Numbered from the stretch's first letter, positions 24,076 through 35,974 are shown. The stretch is 64,000 nt of DNA from Andalucia godoyi And28 (GCA_009859145.1 VRVR01000059.1:1-64000); one strand, 5' to 3'. Numbers and translations are program-made. The notes: generated by a model from the sequence alone, not told the origin.

Positions 24076-24576
24076 ATGTTCTGCGACGGAGGAGATGCAG
24101 ACTTTTCGTCGCCTCTTGTTCCTACGTTTGACATTCGATGTCTCGCTGTTTCGGCGGCGGAATACGACCCGTTCCAGCTCTTGATTTCTGCACATGAGAT
24201 GCCGGAAGCGGTAGAAAGGATCGTATCAGCTGAAAAATGCCGGGCGCAGAGCGCAATCACGAAGGTGTATTCTTCGCCGGAGAAGAGTACTGCAGTCGTT
24301 GAAAATAATAGGACTGGCAAGCGCCGAAAGAATGAACATGAGGACGCGTGCCAGGATGACGATTTTGTAGAGGAAGATGTGTATGGACAGAGAATGTGTC
24401 CAAAACCAAAGACGCCGTTTCGGCGAGTGGTTGTCCCGGATCCCAAGACGCGCAAGCTTGTCGCCAGGAAACTCAAGGCTGTGGCGCAGTACGCGATGCA
24501 GGCAACTCCACAAAGGAGGCCTTTTTTTTCTCACGCCAGCACCGGAATCAAAGACCAGCCTAAAATGAAAGATTAA
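24076..24576 (+). CDS. hypothetical protein
   Basis: 166-aa ATG ORF occupying its own gene slot. Confidence 0.45.
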   Translation: MFCDGGDADFSSPLVPTFDIRCLAVSAAEYDPFQLLISAHEMPEAVERIVSAEKCRAQSAITKVYSSPEKSTAVVENNRTGKRRKNEHEDACQDDDFVEEDVYGQRMCPKPKTPFRRVVVPDPKTRKLVARKLKAVAQYAMQATPQRRPFFSHASTGIKDQPKMKD

Positions 24577-24604
24577 AGCGGTATCATGTCATCATCATCA
24601 ACAG

Positions 24605-24605
24605 C

Positions 24606-24669
<64 letters not shown>
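24605..24669. repeat. (ACA)n microsatellite
   Basis: Read directly from the sequence. Confidence 0.9.
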
Positions 24670-24761
24670 TCATCATCAACAACAGCAACATTTATGTCGT
24701 CATCCGTGTGGGAGAGAAAATGCAACTTTTCATTTTATGAAGCACAGGATTGCTTTTCGCG

Positions 24762-25774
24762 TCAGTGGTGGTTCTTTTCGACGTGCGACATCCATCCGTA
24801 TCGTGTGATCAAGCTGGACAAGAATGATATGAGACCGAAAAAGACGATTGCACCAAACAAGGGCATCATGTCCTTTTCTGCAGACCTTTCTGGGCTGAGA
24901 ATGAATGTCGGATGCTCCAGTCTTGGCTGTGAGAGCTGTTGCTGCTGTCTTCTTTCGCCGATGCCCAGCAGTCTTCCCGTTTCCTCGCTGTCTCCCTTGT
25001 ATTTTGAGCTGACTGTGGCGTTGCAGGACTCCATGTTTCGAATCGAAGTCTTGATGTCCAAGTTTTTGCGTTCGTGGAAGATCATGCAACAGACAAACAC
25101 CTGGAATGCGAAACCCCATACAAACCAAGCCCAGAGATTGTTCATGTCATCGTATCCATACACGAGCGCCGGGTCCACATGCAGGGTGATGGATCCCAGC
25201 AGCAGCGTCACACCTGCATCGACAAACACAAAGTAGACTGGAGTCCGCGTCGAATAGATGTACAGGCAGATTGCCAGGCATGTTCCCACCGATACCTGCC
25301 CAATTGTGTGGTAGCCAAGTGCCACTCGCTCTTCGCACACAAAAAACACAAGCAACACTGCGGTTACGATCGACAGCAATCGGTTCCCCGGCAGCCTTGA
25401 TGCAAACCATCGTCCCAGCGAAGAAGATGAAGACGACGAGGAAGAGGCAACGTTTGAAACAAATCCGCCAATGACGTTGTGGTCCACAATGTATGCCGCA
25501 AGCAGCGCTCCCGCCATTGCATCGCCTGAAGGCATTCCGTAGATAGACCCGATCTTTGCGCCGTTGCACTCGCATGGCCGGTGTTGCCGGAAGACCGCGT
25601 AGAGCGCCACGCCCAGGCACAGCGAGTAGCACATCCGATGCAGATAGTGCAGCGCCGCAGCGATTGGAACTGTTGCTCGATGCGTCCCAACCCGCGCCCC
25701 GCTCTTCCTGTCCCGATCCTCGGACAGCTGTGCAAGTACTGACGTCGTCATCATCGTCGTCGAAGCAGTGGTAG

Positions 25775-25813
<39 letters not shown>

Positions 25814-26117
25814 CTGCTGCTGCTGCACTGGAAAAGGCGGCCGGGATCGCGAACTTTGTCTGGCGAACGTACAGGTAGATGCACAGGAACAGAGCCACGA
25901 TGGCCTGTGTCCGAGGATTCACGTACTGCGCGATAAAGTTCGCGACTACGGTCCAGAACCCAGACTCGCGCTCCTTGCGACACGCATTCAGAAACGAAGA
26001 GTCGTTTTGGTTGTCGCATGACAGCGTCGGCACGTCGTCCGCTCGCACACCGTCAATCGGTGATGCCGTGAGAAACACCACAAGGCAAAACACAATCCAC
26101 AAACTCCGCTCCGCCAT
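24762..26117 (-). CDS. PAP2-superfamily membrane phosphatase-like protein with signal peptide
   Basis: RQHRP (C1), GMPSGD (C2, His replaced by Asp) and ERVALGYHTIGQV (C3); multiple TM helices. Confidence 0.72.
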
Positions 26118-26486
26118 CCGTCCACCTCTTCGCTCGCTTAAATCGTCTGATTGCCCAACACAGTCCTGCACATTTTGCGCTCGGGACGTTTCGCGACGAC
26201 GGACACAGCTAATACTTTGGGATGCACCGATAGAGAATACAGATTGCTGGCAGACGCTATCGTAGCATCAAGTGATCCTCTGCAAGCCGTCCTAAGGTTG
26301 CGTGTGAGCGAGAGGGAGAGAGAGAAAGAGGCCGCGTGTGCGTGTGTGTGTTTGGAGCAGGCGATTTGATTTATTGGTGGCCGAAATTTTCGACGAGCTG
26401 GGACGAGGAAAAGCAGAGGACTGAGAGGCGTGGGAAGGACAACGCAGATGGTGGAAGTTGGCGAGTCGTGTCTGCCTGATTTTCAT

Positions 26487-27353
26487 ATGAGTGAGGACGC
26501 AGCGTTTGTGTCAACGTGCCAGCGCCGAGCAGGCGTGAGCGAGCCATTGGAGCTTGCACTACGGTCGCGGTGCGTGGAGTGGATCGGGACGCTACGGTCG
26601 CAACTGGATCTTTCGCAGCTGGTTGCATCTACGGCTGCTGCGTATTTGCACCGGTATCTGGTGTCGCAGTCGATCACAGACCCCGAGCTGCCAATGGTCA
26701 CCGCCACATGCCTCTTCCTTGCGGCAAAGGTCGAGGAAACTCCCCGCAAACTGCCCGATTTTGCGGCCGTCGTCTACCGCTGGAGCAAAGCGAACTACCG
26801 TAGTGTGACGGCTCCCACAACGGTTCCCGAAGATGAATTTCGGGCCATTCGCGAAAAAATCCTTCGACTTGAACTACGGCTGTTGGCTGCCATTTCGTTT
26901 GAGCTGACCGTTGAAAAGCCGTATCGGCACATCGTTGCGCTGTGGAAAAAACATGCGGTTCGAGACCGCGACTTGTGCCAGTATGCATGGAACACCATCA
27001 ATGACTCGTGGACTACGAACATCTGCCTCGTCTATTCTCCTCTGGAAATCGCGCTCGCGTGCATGCGCATTGCGATCCGCAAGTTCCCAGACTGCGGACT
27101 GGGTCTCGAATGGATCGCTGCAGAACTGCCCACGACGAGCACCTCTGACACCGGCGCCAGTTCAGACCCACACACAGACGCAGCTGCTAACGCCAACACC
27201 AACACCAACACCAATGCAGGCAAATTGGAAAAGATTGAGAAAATCGCGAACCGGATCGAGTTTTGCATAGCGTCAGTGAGAAGCACAGTGGAAGCAGGCG
27301 GAATCGATGCGCTGCCCATTCTCTCTAACGCAAGTGCAAGTGCACGTGTGTGA
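26487..27353 (+). CDS. transcription-type cyclin (K/T/L-like)
   Basis: TAAAYLHRY, TCLFLAAKVEETPRKL, ELRLLAAISFELTVEKPY and AWNTINDS. Confidence 0.87.
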   Translation: MSEDAAFVSTCQRRAGVSEPLELALRSRCVEWIGTLRSQLDLSQLVASTAAAYLHRYLVSQSITDPELPMVTATCLFLAAKVEETPRKLPDFAAVVYRWSKANYRSVTAPTTVPEDEFRAIREKILRLELRLLAAISFELTVEKPYRHIVALWKKHAVRDRDLCQYAWNTINDSWTTNICLVYSPLEIALACMRIAIRKFPDCGLGLEWIAAELPTTSTSDTGASSDPHTDAAANANTNTNTNAGKLEKIEKIANRIEFCIASVRSTVEAGGIDALPILSNASASARV

Positions 27354-27547
27354 ATGGTGATTAGAATTTTAAGTATTACTGCATGGTTCAGTGTTATTAT
27401 TTTATTAAACCAAACCAAGCCGAAAACCCCCTCATTCACTTCGTTCCTTTTTCCACATCTCCATGCAGTGTCTTTGCTGGGTGTTTCTTTTGCGTTTTTT
27501 TGTTTGCGTTTTTTTGTTTTGCTTGTTTGCGACGGTGCTTGGGAAAT

Positions 27548-29374
27548 TCAGAGCGGAGGAAGGGACGGCATTGGAAGGGGAGAGGAACGGAGAAAGAGTG
27601 GATTGTGCAAGAGAGCTCGCGCGCTGTGGCGAACCGACGGGTCTGGATGCAGCATACCCCAGAACAGGCTCGAGAGATCGTCGTTCCAAAATGGAGAGAA
27701 CGGCAATGAATGGGACGTGAGCGTCGGATCGTTCTTGGGGAAGTCTGGTAACCAAGAGGGCGGCGAAAGACGCCAACAGGAGTCGTTGGAAGGATTGCGC
27801 TCGCACTGTGGAAACCGATACGGAGCAGTACGGATCGTGAAGGGGTTGCGCCACTCCAAGGACGTACCCATATGCTTGAGACAACGCAGGATTGGAAAAG
27901 ACAGAGACTGACCGTCATAAGGATGATCAAAGACAGAGCAGCGTCTGGGAAACATCGCCTCCGAGCGTTGTCGAATCCACGGGTGCTCGTTCCAGTCGAA
28001 TCGACCGACGACCGTGGACCAATATCCGAAGAGCGCGGAATCTGAGCTTCTTGGAAGGCTGTGGAAGAACGACTCGCCGGTCCACAACGCATATGCAATG
28101 AGTCCTATGGAGAAAATGTCAATGGCAAAGGGGGAGGAAAGATAGGACTTGAAAATCGGTCCGCTGCGACGTCGAGAGAGCGTGTGAGTGGTCGAGGAGA
28201 TCATGATGTACGGGATCTCTGGTGCGGTCCAGCCACAAGAAAACTCCGGAAATGCGCTGTTTTTCACCAATATCATGCTTCCAAACTGATTCGCGGCAAC
28301 ATCAAGCTTGGAATTCACGCGGCACATGAATGGATGTGTTTGCAACAAGACATGGCCCGACTGCGAAATTAAGACATTCTGCGGCTCCATGCGGCCATGC
28401 AAAAAGCCGCATTCATGCAAGTTCGCAACGGCTAAGAGCAGCTGGTACAAAATCGACCGAATCAATGCAAACGACAACCGATCATACTGCCGCATAACAT
28501 CGGCGAGCGTCAATGACACCGCCGGAAACACCAGCAGCATCTGCAGCTCTCCAGAGTGGACCTCATGCTGTGTGCTGATGGCAGGGGCAGGGACAGTGGC
28601 AGGGACAACCACGCTGTGGTCGTCGCTCATAAGTGTAAGCAGCCCTCGTTGCGGCGAGCTGTGGCGATCTTCGGTCCACGCACTGCCATTCGCAATCGGC
28701 TGGGGATCTGGAACTCCTCTTATGTCATTGTCATCATCACCACTGCTTTCACCACCAAGCGCAACTTGTTCGTTTCCGTTGCTACTTGACCCTCCTTCCC
28801 TCTCCCTCTCCCTCCTTCTCTCTCTCCTCTGCTCATTACTATCGTCATTGCCATCGTCATCGTCATTGTCATTGTCATTGTCATTGTCATTGTCATTGTC
28901 AGCGTAATTATCACTGTCACTGTCATCATGCGGTGGCGGGGGCGGTGTGTGATGCTGCGACACAGGCTGGTCACCGAAGAGACCGCGGGAAGGTGGATGG
29001 ACATCCGCGAACCGCGGAACAGCATCTCGTGGAATGTCACAGTCGAATCCAAGGTGCAAAAGGTTCGGATGGCGAAGCTGGCGCAGAATGCCAACGTACT
29101 GGAACAGCTGCAGCGACACAGTTCCGCGCGGCACAGCGGTCACCACGACCTCGACATCTGTCGTATGCCCACCGCAAAACCAGTGTGACAGCACGGACTG
29201 CTGAGCAGGCTGCAGAGGCACTGAGCAGCGGTACTGTGCACAAGATTCCAGCGTTGAATTGAGCTTTTGCAGAGGTTTCAACCGCCGAACATCCGCTTCA
29301 CACATTGGAAAGTACGACAACACCACCACTCGATGTCCGGGCTTTTCCGGCGCTTTCTCGCCCGCTGTTTCCAT
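27548..29374 (-). CDS. CMGC/CDK-like pseudokinase
   Basis: YQLLLAVANLH..GFLHGRMEPQNVLI, WTAPE, IDIFSIG and HPDPSVRHSA. HRD and DFG are absent. Confidence 0.7.
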   Translation of the reverse strand: METAGEKAPEKPGHRVVVLSYFPMCEADVRRLKPLQKLNSTLESCAQYRCSVPLQPAQQSVLSHWFCGGHTTDVEVVVTAVPRGTVSLQLFQYVGILRQLRHPNLLHLGFDCDIPRDAVPRFADVHPPSRGLFGDQPVSQHHTPPPPPHDDSDSDNYADNDNDNDNDNDNDDDDGNDDSNEQRRERRREREREGGSSSNGNEQVALGGESSGDDDNDIRGVPDPQPIANGSAWTEDRHSSPQRGLLTLMSDDHSVVVPATVPAPAISTQHEVHSGELQMLLVFPAVSLTLADVMRQYDRLSFALIRSILYQLLLAVANLHECGFLHGRMEPQNVLISQSGHVLLQTHPFMCRVNSKLDVAANQFGSMILVKNSAFPEFSCGWTAPEIPYIMISSTTHTLSRRRSGPIFKSYLSSPFAIDIFSIGLIAYALWTGESFFHSLPRSSDSALFGYWSTVVGRFDWNEHPWIRQRSEAMFPRRCSVFDHPYDGQSLSFPILRCLKHMGTSLEWRNPFTIRTAPYRFPQCERNPSNDSCWRLSPPSWLPDFPKNDPTLTSHSLPFSPFWNDDLSSLFWGMLHPDPSVRHSARALLHNPLFLRSSPLPMPSLPPL

Positions 29375-29783
29375 TCGACACCCTATCCGTTGCACACCTT
29401 ACCTCCCGGTTGTTCACTATCCGAAGCAGAAGACGATTATACGGACCGTGCTTCGAAGCTTTCTTGCTGTTGTTGGCTCTGGTCTTTCGGGAGACGTCGG
29501 GAGCTAGGGAGATCGGGGAGCTTCGGAAAGGCAATTCACGCGCTAGAAAGGAGAATTCCCGATCTTGATGCAGCACTTCAACTTCCCAAAAGGGGCACGA
29601 GTATTCTCCGATATTGTCCGACAGCTCTACAGCCGCGCGAATGGACGATACCCCCCTCCCCAAAACAGAAAACGCGCGTGTGCAAGCATGCACAACGACG
29701 CTAGAAAACGGAAGACGGAAGGCGGAAGAAAGTGTGGACTTTACCGAATGTACTGTACGTACACCTTGGGGTTTGCGTTGGGA

Positions 29784-32504
29784 TCAGGTCTTGACTGGTA
29801 GCTGCATGGATTTGCGGGTCGTCACGGACACGTTGCGGCGACTTGTCGAAACCAGGTTTCCGCCGTATCCAACAGGGACCGGGCTTGCATCGATGATCTG
29901 ACCTTTAACAATGGACTCGTACGGCTTCCCCTCTGCTCCTGAATGCTGCTGCTGTTGCATCATCGACGCAGGACGCTCTGGCCGAGGCCTCTGGAGCTCG
30001 GAGGCCGTGACTTCGGTGAACGTCTTGGCCACAACCTTCTGCGCACCGATCGCAGTACCATTGGTTGTGGACAAGAGCAGCGATTTCCGGCGAACCCCCG
30101 TGGACGACACGGATCGCGTTGGCTCGTACTTGGTGGGCGCAATTGCCACTGGCTCGACCACCAAGTTGGATGCCTCACAGGCCTGGGCAGCACGCTCGGC
30201 GGCCGCTATCTGCGTCTCGATCACCCAGGACCGGACTTGACCGATGCACAAACTCGAGAATTCCGCAACGAGCTCATTCTCGTTGCCCGCATTCTGGTCC
30301 TCACCCACATCTTTTGGATCCGATTTTGGCTTGTACCGCTTCTGCAGCGTTTCCGACGCAGCCTTGCACCGGTCATTCCACTCATTCCACTGCATCACGT
30401 TGTCCTCCGTAATGGGCATAAGAGTCGGGGATGCCAGCGAGTTTGCCTTGTGCGTTGTGTGGATCTGGTTTAGAAAACTCTCGGTCCGCTTCGACAACTC
30501 CGCCTTTCGACGCTCAAAATCTTGCATCGAAGGGCTTCGCTTCAGAATGCTCTGCGGAGGGCCCAACAGCACATTGCTGCTATTGTTGTTGACATTGCTA
30601 TTGTTGTTGCCGTTGCCACCACCTAGTGAGCTGTCAGCGCTCGGCATGCTCGGATGGAGCGGATGCATGGAATGGTTCGCAAAGAAGGCGGTTTCCTCCG
30701 CGTCCTCCTGAATGGACACGTTGCGACCATTCGAATTCGGGTTCTGGCCAGTTGTGCTGATCCACGACTGGCTCTTGTTGCGCATAAGAGGAACCGGCGT
30801 GTTCTTGTTGTTGGTGGTCCGTGGAAACACATCTTCGGGCAACGTCAGCGAAATGGGTTGTTGTGACTGCAGCATCACAGGCGACGAACTTGCCTTGTAC
30901 AAATAGGCTCCAGGGCTTGACTCCTCCAAGCTGGACCCACTGCGGTTCTGCGGACTGAACGACCCGTTGACCGGAGACGACGAGAGATTGTTCGGCGAAT
31001 TTCGGGCCGAAACATGCGTCGAAGAGATGTTGAAAAACGGCCGGGTTTCGTGCCCGGGGCTCAGCGACTGCGTGGCACTCGCCATACTGTCCCAGTGCGA
31101 CGAACCCAGAAAACTGGCGCCAAAATCAGCGTCGTCCATGCCCGCGTTGAGAGACGAAGACGGCAGAATAAGTCGGTATACTTCCAGCGCCGCACGGGCT
31201 TCGTTTCTGAAATACGTGCGGACGTCGGTGCAACTCAGGGGAGAGGCTGCCGATGTGGGAGACCCCGTGGACAGGCCAGGAAGGCCCGGCGAAACGGCAC
31301 TCTTGGATGTTCGTCGGCCAAGTAAACTGGAAGTGGACATGGACTTCATCAGCGAAGGCAGCGAACTTTTGGGGCTTCGGAACGCCCCGCCACCTTGGCC
31401 GCCGGGTGACATGCTCGATGCATTGACAAACAAAGTGATGCGGCACAGAAACTGCGCCGCCGAAACAAGGTCCATCGTTTGCGCATGCTGATTGCTCCGC
31501 GCTGGAGAATCGTTGTTGGTGGACAACTCGGGAACAGAACCTGGCAGCAATGCGCGAGAGACTGGGAAGGAGATGATCGGTGCGCCGTTAATGGGGGACT
31601 GTGCTCTCGATGATTCAATGCTGGCGAACCCAGACGGACACGAAGATGCCGGTAACATCCCGAAATTATCGGGTCCTGCGTCCATCGAATGCCGTGTTCC
31701 ACGAGAGCGGAACGATGCCATAGACGGATGATACACAATGTTTGGGTAACAGGAAGGGTCCCATATCGTAAGCTCACCGTCGAAAATAACGGTGTTGTGG
31801 CACAGACAGTCGGATCCAAAATCCGCTAACTGGCATCGCCCGCCACCGCCGGCAACAGGCACAGTCCCCTGACATACATTACTCGTACTGCTACAGCTAT
31901 TGTTATTAATGTTATTGATGTTGCTGTTAGCGTTGTTCGAAGGGCTGGTGTGCTCGACAACGTCTGCATCGGCGTTAAAACCTGGGTTGGCAACGCTGCT
32001 GCGTCTGCTCAGGTCATTCACCGGCGAACCACTTCGACTGCCACTTACCCATCCCAGGCGCAACTTCCGGGACACTGCAGGATAGACAAGAACACCCGGG
32101 CCGTCGGGCGACAGGAGAAATGGCTCTCCGTCAAACACTTGCTCTGCCTTGGGGGAACTGTGGTTCGCATTCGACAGATCGTCCGGAGAAATGCTCGCGT
32201 TCCGAAATGTCACTGTTGTCGACTGAGTCAGCAAGTCGATGGTACTGGATCTTCTGGAATGCGAGGATGGCGAGATCATTTGCTTGGGATACGAGGGCGG
32301 GATGGAAGACGGAAGGACTGTGCGACCCCCAAGTGCTTCGATGAGCCGCGAAAGAGAATGTGAAGTTCGGCATGACTTGACGTGAACTCGGAACTTGCGC
32401 GACACAGACGAAAAGAAGTGGCGGTGAGAGGGATTGGTGGGATTCAGGACATCCACATTCAGAATCAGATTCAAAGGCTTTGCGTATGTAGATGCGAAAC
32501 TCAT
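29784..32504 (-). CDS. Ser-rich hypothetical protein, possible divergent BRCT-like N-terminus
   Basis: 906-aa ORF from ATG 32504. LSRLIEALGG resembles BRCT helix 1 (weak). Confidence 0.6.
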   Translation of the reverse strand: MSFASTYAKPLNLILNVDVLNPTNPSHRHFFSSVSRKFRVHVKSCRTSHSLSRLIEALGGRTVLPSSIPPSYPKQMISPSSHSRRSSTIDLLTQSTTVTFRNASISPDDLSNANHSSPKAEQVFDGEPFLLSPDGPGVLVYPAVSRKLRLGWVSGSRSGSPVNDLSRRSSVANPGFNADADVVEHTSPSNNANSNINNINNNSCSSTSNVCQGTVPVAGGGGRCQLADFGSDCLCHNTVIFDGELTIWDPSCYPNIVYHPSMASFRSRGTRHSMDAGPDNFGMLPASSCPSGFASIESSRAQSPINGAPIISFPVSRALLPGSVPELSTNNDSPARSNQHAQTMDLVSAAQFLCRITLFVNASSMSPGGQGGGAFRSPKSSLPSLMKSMSTSSLLGRRTSKSAVSPGLPGLSTGSPTSAASPLSCTDVRTYFRNEARAALEVYRLILPSSSLNAGMDDADFGASFLGSSHWDSMASATQSLSPGHETRPFFNISSTHVSARNSPNNLSSSPVNGSFSPQNRSGSSLEESSPGAYLYKASSSPVMLQSQQPISLTLPEDVFPRTTNNKNTPVPLMRNKSQSWISTTGQNPNSNGRNVSIQEDAEETAFFANHSMHPLHPSMPSADSSLGGGNGNNNSNVNNNSSNVLLGPPQSILKRSPSMQDFERRKAELSKRTESFLNQIHTTHKANSLASPTLMPITEDNVMQWNEWNDRCKAASETLQKRYKPKSDPKDVGEDQNAGNENELVAEFSSLCIGQVRSWVIETQIAAAERAAQACEASNLVVEPVAIAPTKYEPTRSVSSTGVRRKSLLLSTTNGTAIGAQKVVAKTFTEVTASELQRPRPERPASMMQQQQHSGAEGKPYESIVKGQIIDASPVPVGYGGNLVSTSRRNVSVTTRKSMQLPVKT

Positions 32505-32526
32505 TCTCTGTTCTTTTTCCCCCCGT

Positions 32527-32563
<37 letters not shown>

Positions 32564-34648
32564 CTGTGAATAATTCGCTTGCTGAGACGACGTCCAGAGG
32601 GGAGTACTGGAAAAAAACAAAGATGAAATGCAAGGAAGGTGTGAGAAGACGACTGTTCGATGCGCGGCAGACCGGAGGACTTCTGGGTTTCAGACACAGC
32701 AGCGAAAAAAAAAAGACCAAAAGACCAAGAGACCAAGACAGCAAAAAATCAATTCGCAACCATCCAAATTTTCCTTGTGGTTTGAATTTCGAAACCGCTC
32801 GCACGCAGATGACGGATCCTGGACGAACAGTGGAGCGCGACAACCACTGTTGTGTGGAAGGAATAAAACGGGAGTTGGGAGCGACGAAGGAGACAATGCA
32901 TGGCGATTGACACCCACGGAGTCGTAGCCGGTCGTCCGCCAAGACGGGACGACGTTGTGCCGTCTGCTGCGACATTCAACAATCGTTGTGAGAACGAGCC
33001 TGCTCAGATCGCCTGCGGATTACCGGTTTGGGGAATAGAAATGTAGTCGACGCCTAAGGATGTCCGAGCAAGAAGTGTCTTGTGTGCGTTCCAGATGCGA
33101 CGAAACCCTCGAGGAAAGTGCGACTCGGCAAGTTGACACCCCGCAACGCTCCAGCCTGGACGGCGGTGGGAGCTGTCGCCAGTCCGCCAGCAAAGCGCTT
33201 CGACTAGTGGCCGCTGACCAAAATCTTTCGTGGGTGCGAGCACACAAGGGGAAATGGGTGTTTTCGCTTTGAGCCTCCGGGTGAGCACTCGGAACCGTGA
33301 TCTCCGCTCCTTGGTGATTGACGTCTTCGGAAAAAACCGCATCCTTTGCTGGCCCAAGCGGTCGGGACCAGCGCCCACGACAGGCACGCCGGCCGAGGGC
33401 TCCCTCACCATATTGGGCGAAATCATCACGCTCCCCCCGGAAACCCCCAGCGTAACTGTGTGGTGTTCTCGACATGCATGAGGAGAGAGACACATGTGCA
33501 GAGACAGAGACAGAGACAGAGACAGTCAGTCGTCACTCGTGGGCCGCAGCTCGTGAACCCCGCGTGAATCTGTGACGCTTGTTCAGTGGTGGCTTGTCGG
33601 CGGGGGTGCATCCCACAGACCGGAGCAACATATCGGCCGTGTATTCCGTAACATTAAATTTAATCATATTAATAAAACATATGCCACGTTTTTTATTTCT
33701 TGAATCCTTGTTTAAATGCGTGTTCTCCTCTGATTTCCATCCTTTGCTCTTGTGCGATGAATACACTTCTGGCATGAGACGGGTGGAGGTAGTGATGCTG
33801 CACAGAAGAAGAAGCAAACTAAAACAAAACAAAACAAAAAATGACAAAGACCATTCACTGCCACTCGATTGACGTGTGTGCGAAGTCGTGGCAGACGAAA
33901 CACACTCGTGCGCGCGGCAGGCGGATGTCCCCACTCCTTGTATGCGCTTGTTGTTTAGACGCTCATGTCCGTCGCTGCTGCTCAGGATGTGCACTGTTCG
34001 TTTGTTGCATTGCGGTGCTTGAAGAAGGCCACCGTCGTGCTCACTGGTGAAGAAAGCATTTGCCGGGCGCGTTGCACATCAGGAAGGGGTGGGGGCGCTG
34101 CCCTTCCACTAAGAGAAAAAAATATTTAAAACTTGGAAAACCGCGGTGAGCTTGCCAATGAAACGGCCGAGAAGCTTCGTCTGCTTGGACAAAGTATGAC
34201 ACCGATCGACAGGGCGACGCTGAGAAAGGAAGCGTCTGTTTTTCAGTTGTTGCTGATTCGCGACAAGCACACGTCTGTGGAGTAGCGCATTCAAAGGATC
34301 TCTAGGACATGTCCGAGCAGGCCGTGTCATCAATCCTCACCGTGTATTCAGGCATAACCTTTTCTGTCGTCTGCTCAACTTTCCAAATCCCCCGAGCAGC
34401 GTATACTTGCACGGAGTTCCCGTCATCTTCGCATCGAGGGAAGGGGGGGAACCCATTTCTTGTTTCTCGCCCATTCGCTGTCCTCTCCGCATGTTCTTCC
34501 GCATCTGCCACTTGCGTGCTGTCTTCATCAAGTACCCAACCAGAAAGACGGTGTTATTAGGGTTCTCGCAAGCGGCCAAAAAGAACAACACAACAACGAA
34601 AAGAAGAAGAAAAGAAGGGAAGAAAAAAGAAAAAGAACTGAAGGCAGG

Positions 34649-35974
34649 ATGATGCTGAGCGTAGCTTCTCCTGCGCGTCCCCGAGGGGCTGCTGTTATGC
34701 CTGCTCCACCACGGTCTCCTACGCTCCTATCGCCACACCACAACTATTCACAGTACCTACCGTCCTCCACAACAACAACGACGACGACGACGACGACGCG
34801 TCGATCGTCGTTCAACTCGGCAGCTGCTGCCGTAAGGTACACTCCATCTCCACCGTCATCCGGCGAACGCGATCGAGACCGCGAAAGGGAAAGAGACAGA
34901 GAAAGAGAACGGGAAAGGGACAGGGACAGGGACAGGGACAGGGAGCGCGATAGAGAAAGGTCGCTGTCGATTGCAATTGTGAGTTCTGGAAGAGTGTCAA
35001 GAGACCGAGAACTTCCTGTGAAACGACCGTTTTCGCCCGCTGTCCTGCTTACTGCGCTTCCTTCGCCGGCGACGATATCGCCAACGTACTCCCAATCACA
35101 CACGCAGTTTGCGCCGATAGCACAGTCGCCACCCGCTGTCCCTCTGACGATTCTGCTGAACATGGACTGGATCCCGGACCTCCCGTCGTCTTCTGCACCG
35201 TCTTTTACGCCTGCGCAGTTCTACCCTTTGTTCTCCACGCCTTCTTCTGCAACGGCGGCACCGCTGTCGAGCCTGTATGTACCGGACGGCTCGTCGTTCC
35301 TCGCGGCTTCGCTTCTCCTCAAGTCGCTCTCGTCATCGACTGGTGGGCTGTATGTCGTCCGCAGAGGGGTTTCGCGCCAGAGCGTGCTTCGGCGGTTTGT
35401 CGTCCATGGATCAAAGCCTCCGTCGACTCTTTCGATCCACGATCTTCCCAGCGCAGTAACAACCGTCGAAGCGTACGGTCTGAGCTCGCAGTCGACGGTG
35501 GTCGTGGACATGTGCAGCTCGTGGTGGGGCGACGGCTCTGCTGTCATCCCGATTGCCCAGGTTGGTGCATGGGACAGAGTGCTCGGAGTGATCCAGCGCA
35601 TTCGAGCTTCTTGGGAACACAAGTCGTTTGTCAGTTCTGTGCCGGTAGACGTACGCAAAATCGCTGCCGTCGAACTCCAAGCCCATTTTTCTCTGTTTCC
35701 TCCCGCAACCGCCGATTCAAAAGAGAAGGAACGCGAGCGCGAACGGGAACGGGAAAAGGGAAGGGAGCGCGATCGAGAACGAGAGCGAGAGCGCGAGAGA
35801 TGGCTAAGCAGAGAAGCCCTCGATGCAGTGGTCGGCTCTGGTGGAGTAATGTATGCAGACTATGAGGCCGGAGAAGAAGCAATTGTCTGTCGGCCGGCCA
35901 TCGATCGGTGGCGAGAAGAAGTCGCGCAGGCTGCTGCTGTTGCTGTCCCCATCCCAGAAGATTGGATGTTGTAG
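34649..35974 (+). CDS. hypothetical protein with RE/RD low-complexity repeats
   Basis: 441-aa ORF. Confidence 0.55.
   Translation: MMLSVASPARPRGAAVMPAPPRSPTLLSPHHNYSQYLPSSTTTTTTTTTTRRSSFNSAAAAVRYTPSPPSSGERDRDRERERDRERERERDRDRDRDRERDRERSLSIAIVSSGRVSRDRELPVKRPFSPAVLLTALPSPATISPTYSQSHTQFAPIAQSPPAVPLTILLNMDWIPDLPSSSAPSFTPAQFYPLFSTPSSATAAPLSSLYVPDGSSFLAASLLLKSLSSSTGGLYVVRRGVSRQSVLRRFVVHGSKPPSTLSIHDLPSAVTTVEAYGLSSQSTVVVDMCSSWWGDGSAVIPIAQVGAWDRVLGVIQRIRASWEHKSFVSSVPVDVRKIAAVELQAHFSLFPPATADSKEKEREREREREKGRERDRERERERERWLSREALDAVVGSGGVMYADYEAGEEAIVCRPAIDRWREEVAQAAAVAVPIPEDWML

Noticed and set aside
33105-33450. GAGGAAAGTGCGAC resembles RNase P CR-I
   Set aside because: No matching CR-V/P4 partner with correct spacing.
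34109-34591. Two same-frame ORFs separated by one TGA (possible selenoprotein or recoding)
   Set aside because: Arg-rich off-frame-like composition, no redox motif or SECIS, and TGA is a normal stop in neighbouring genes.
34855-34960. GA-rich short repeats that could be mistaken for a CRISPR array or tandem element
   Set aside because: They encode RE/RD low-complexity protein; there is no repeat-spacer structure or cas gene.
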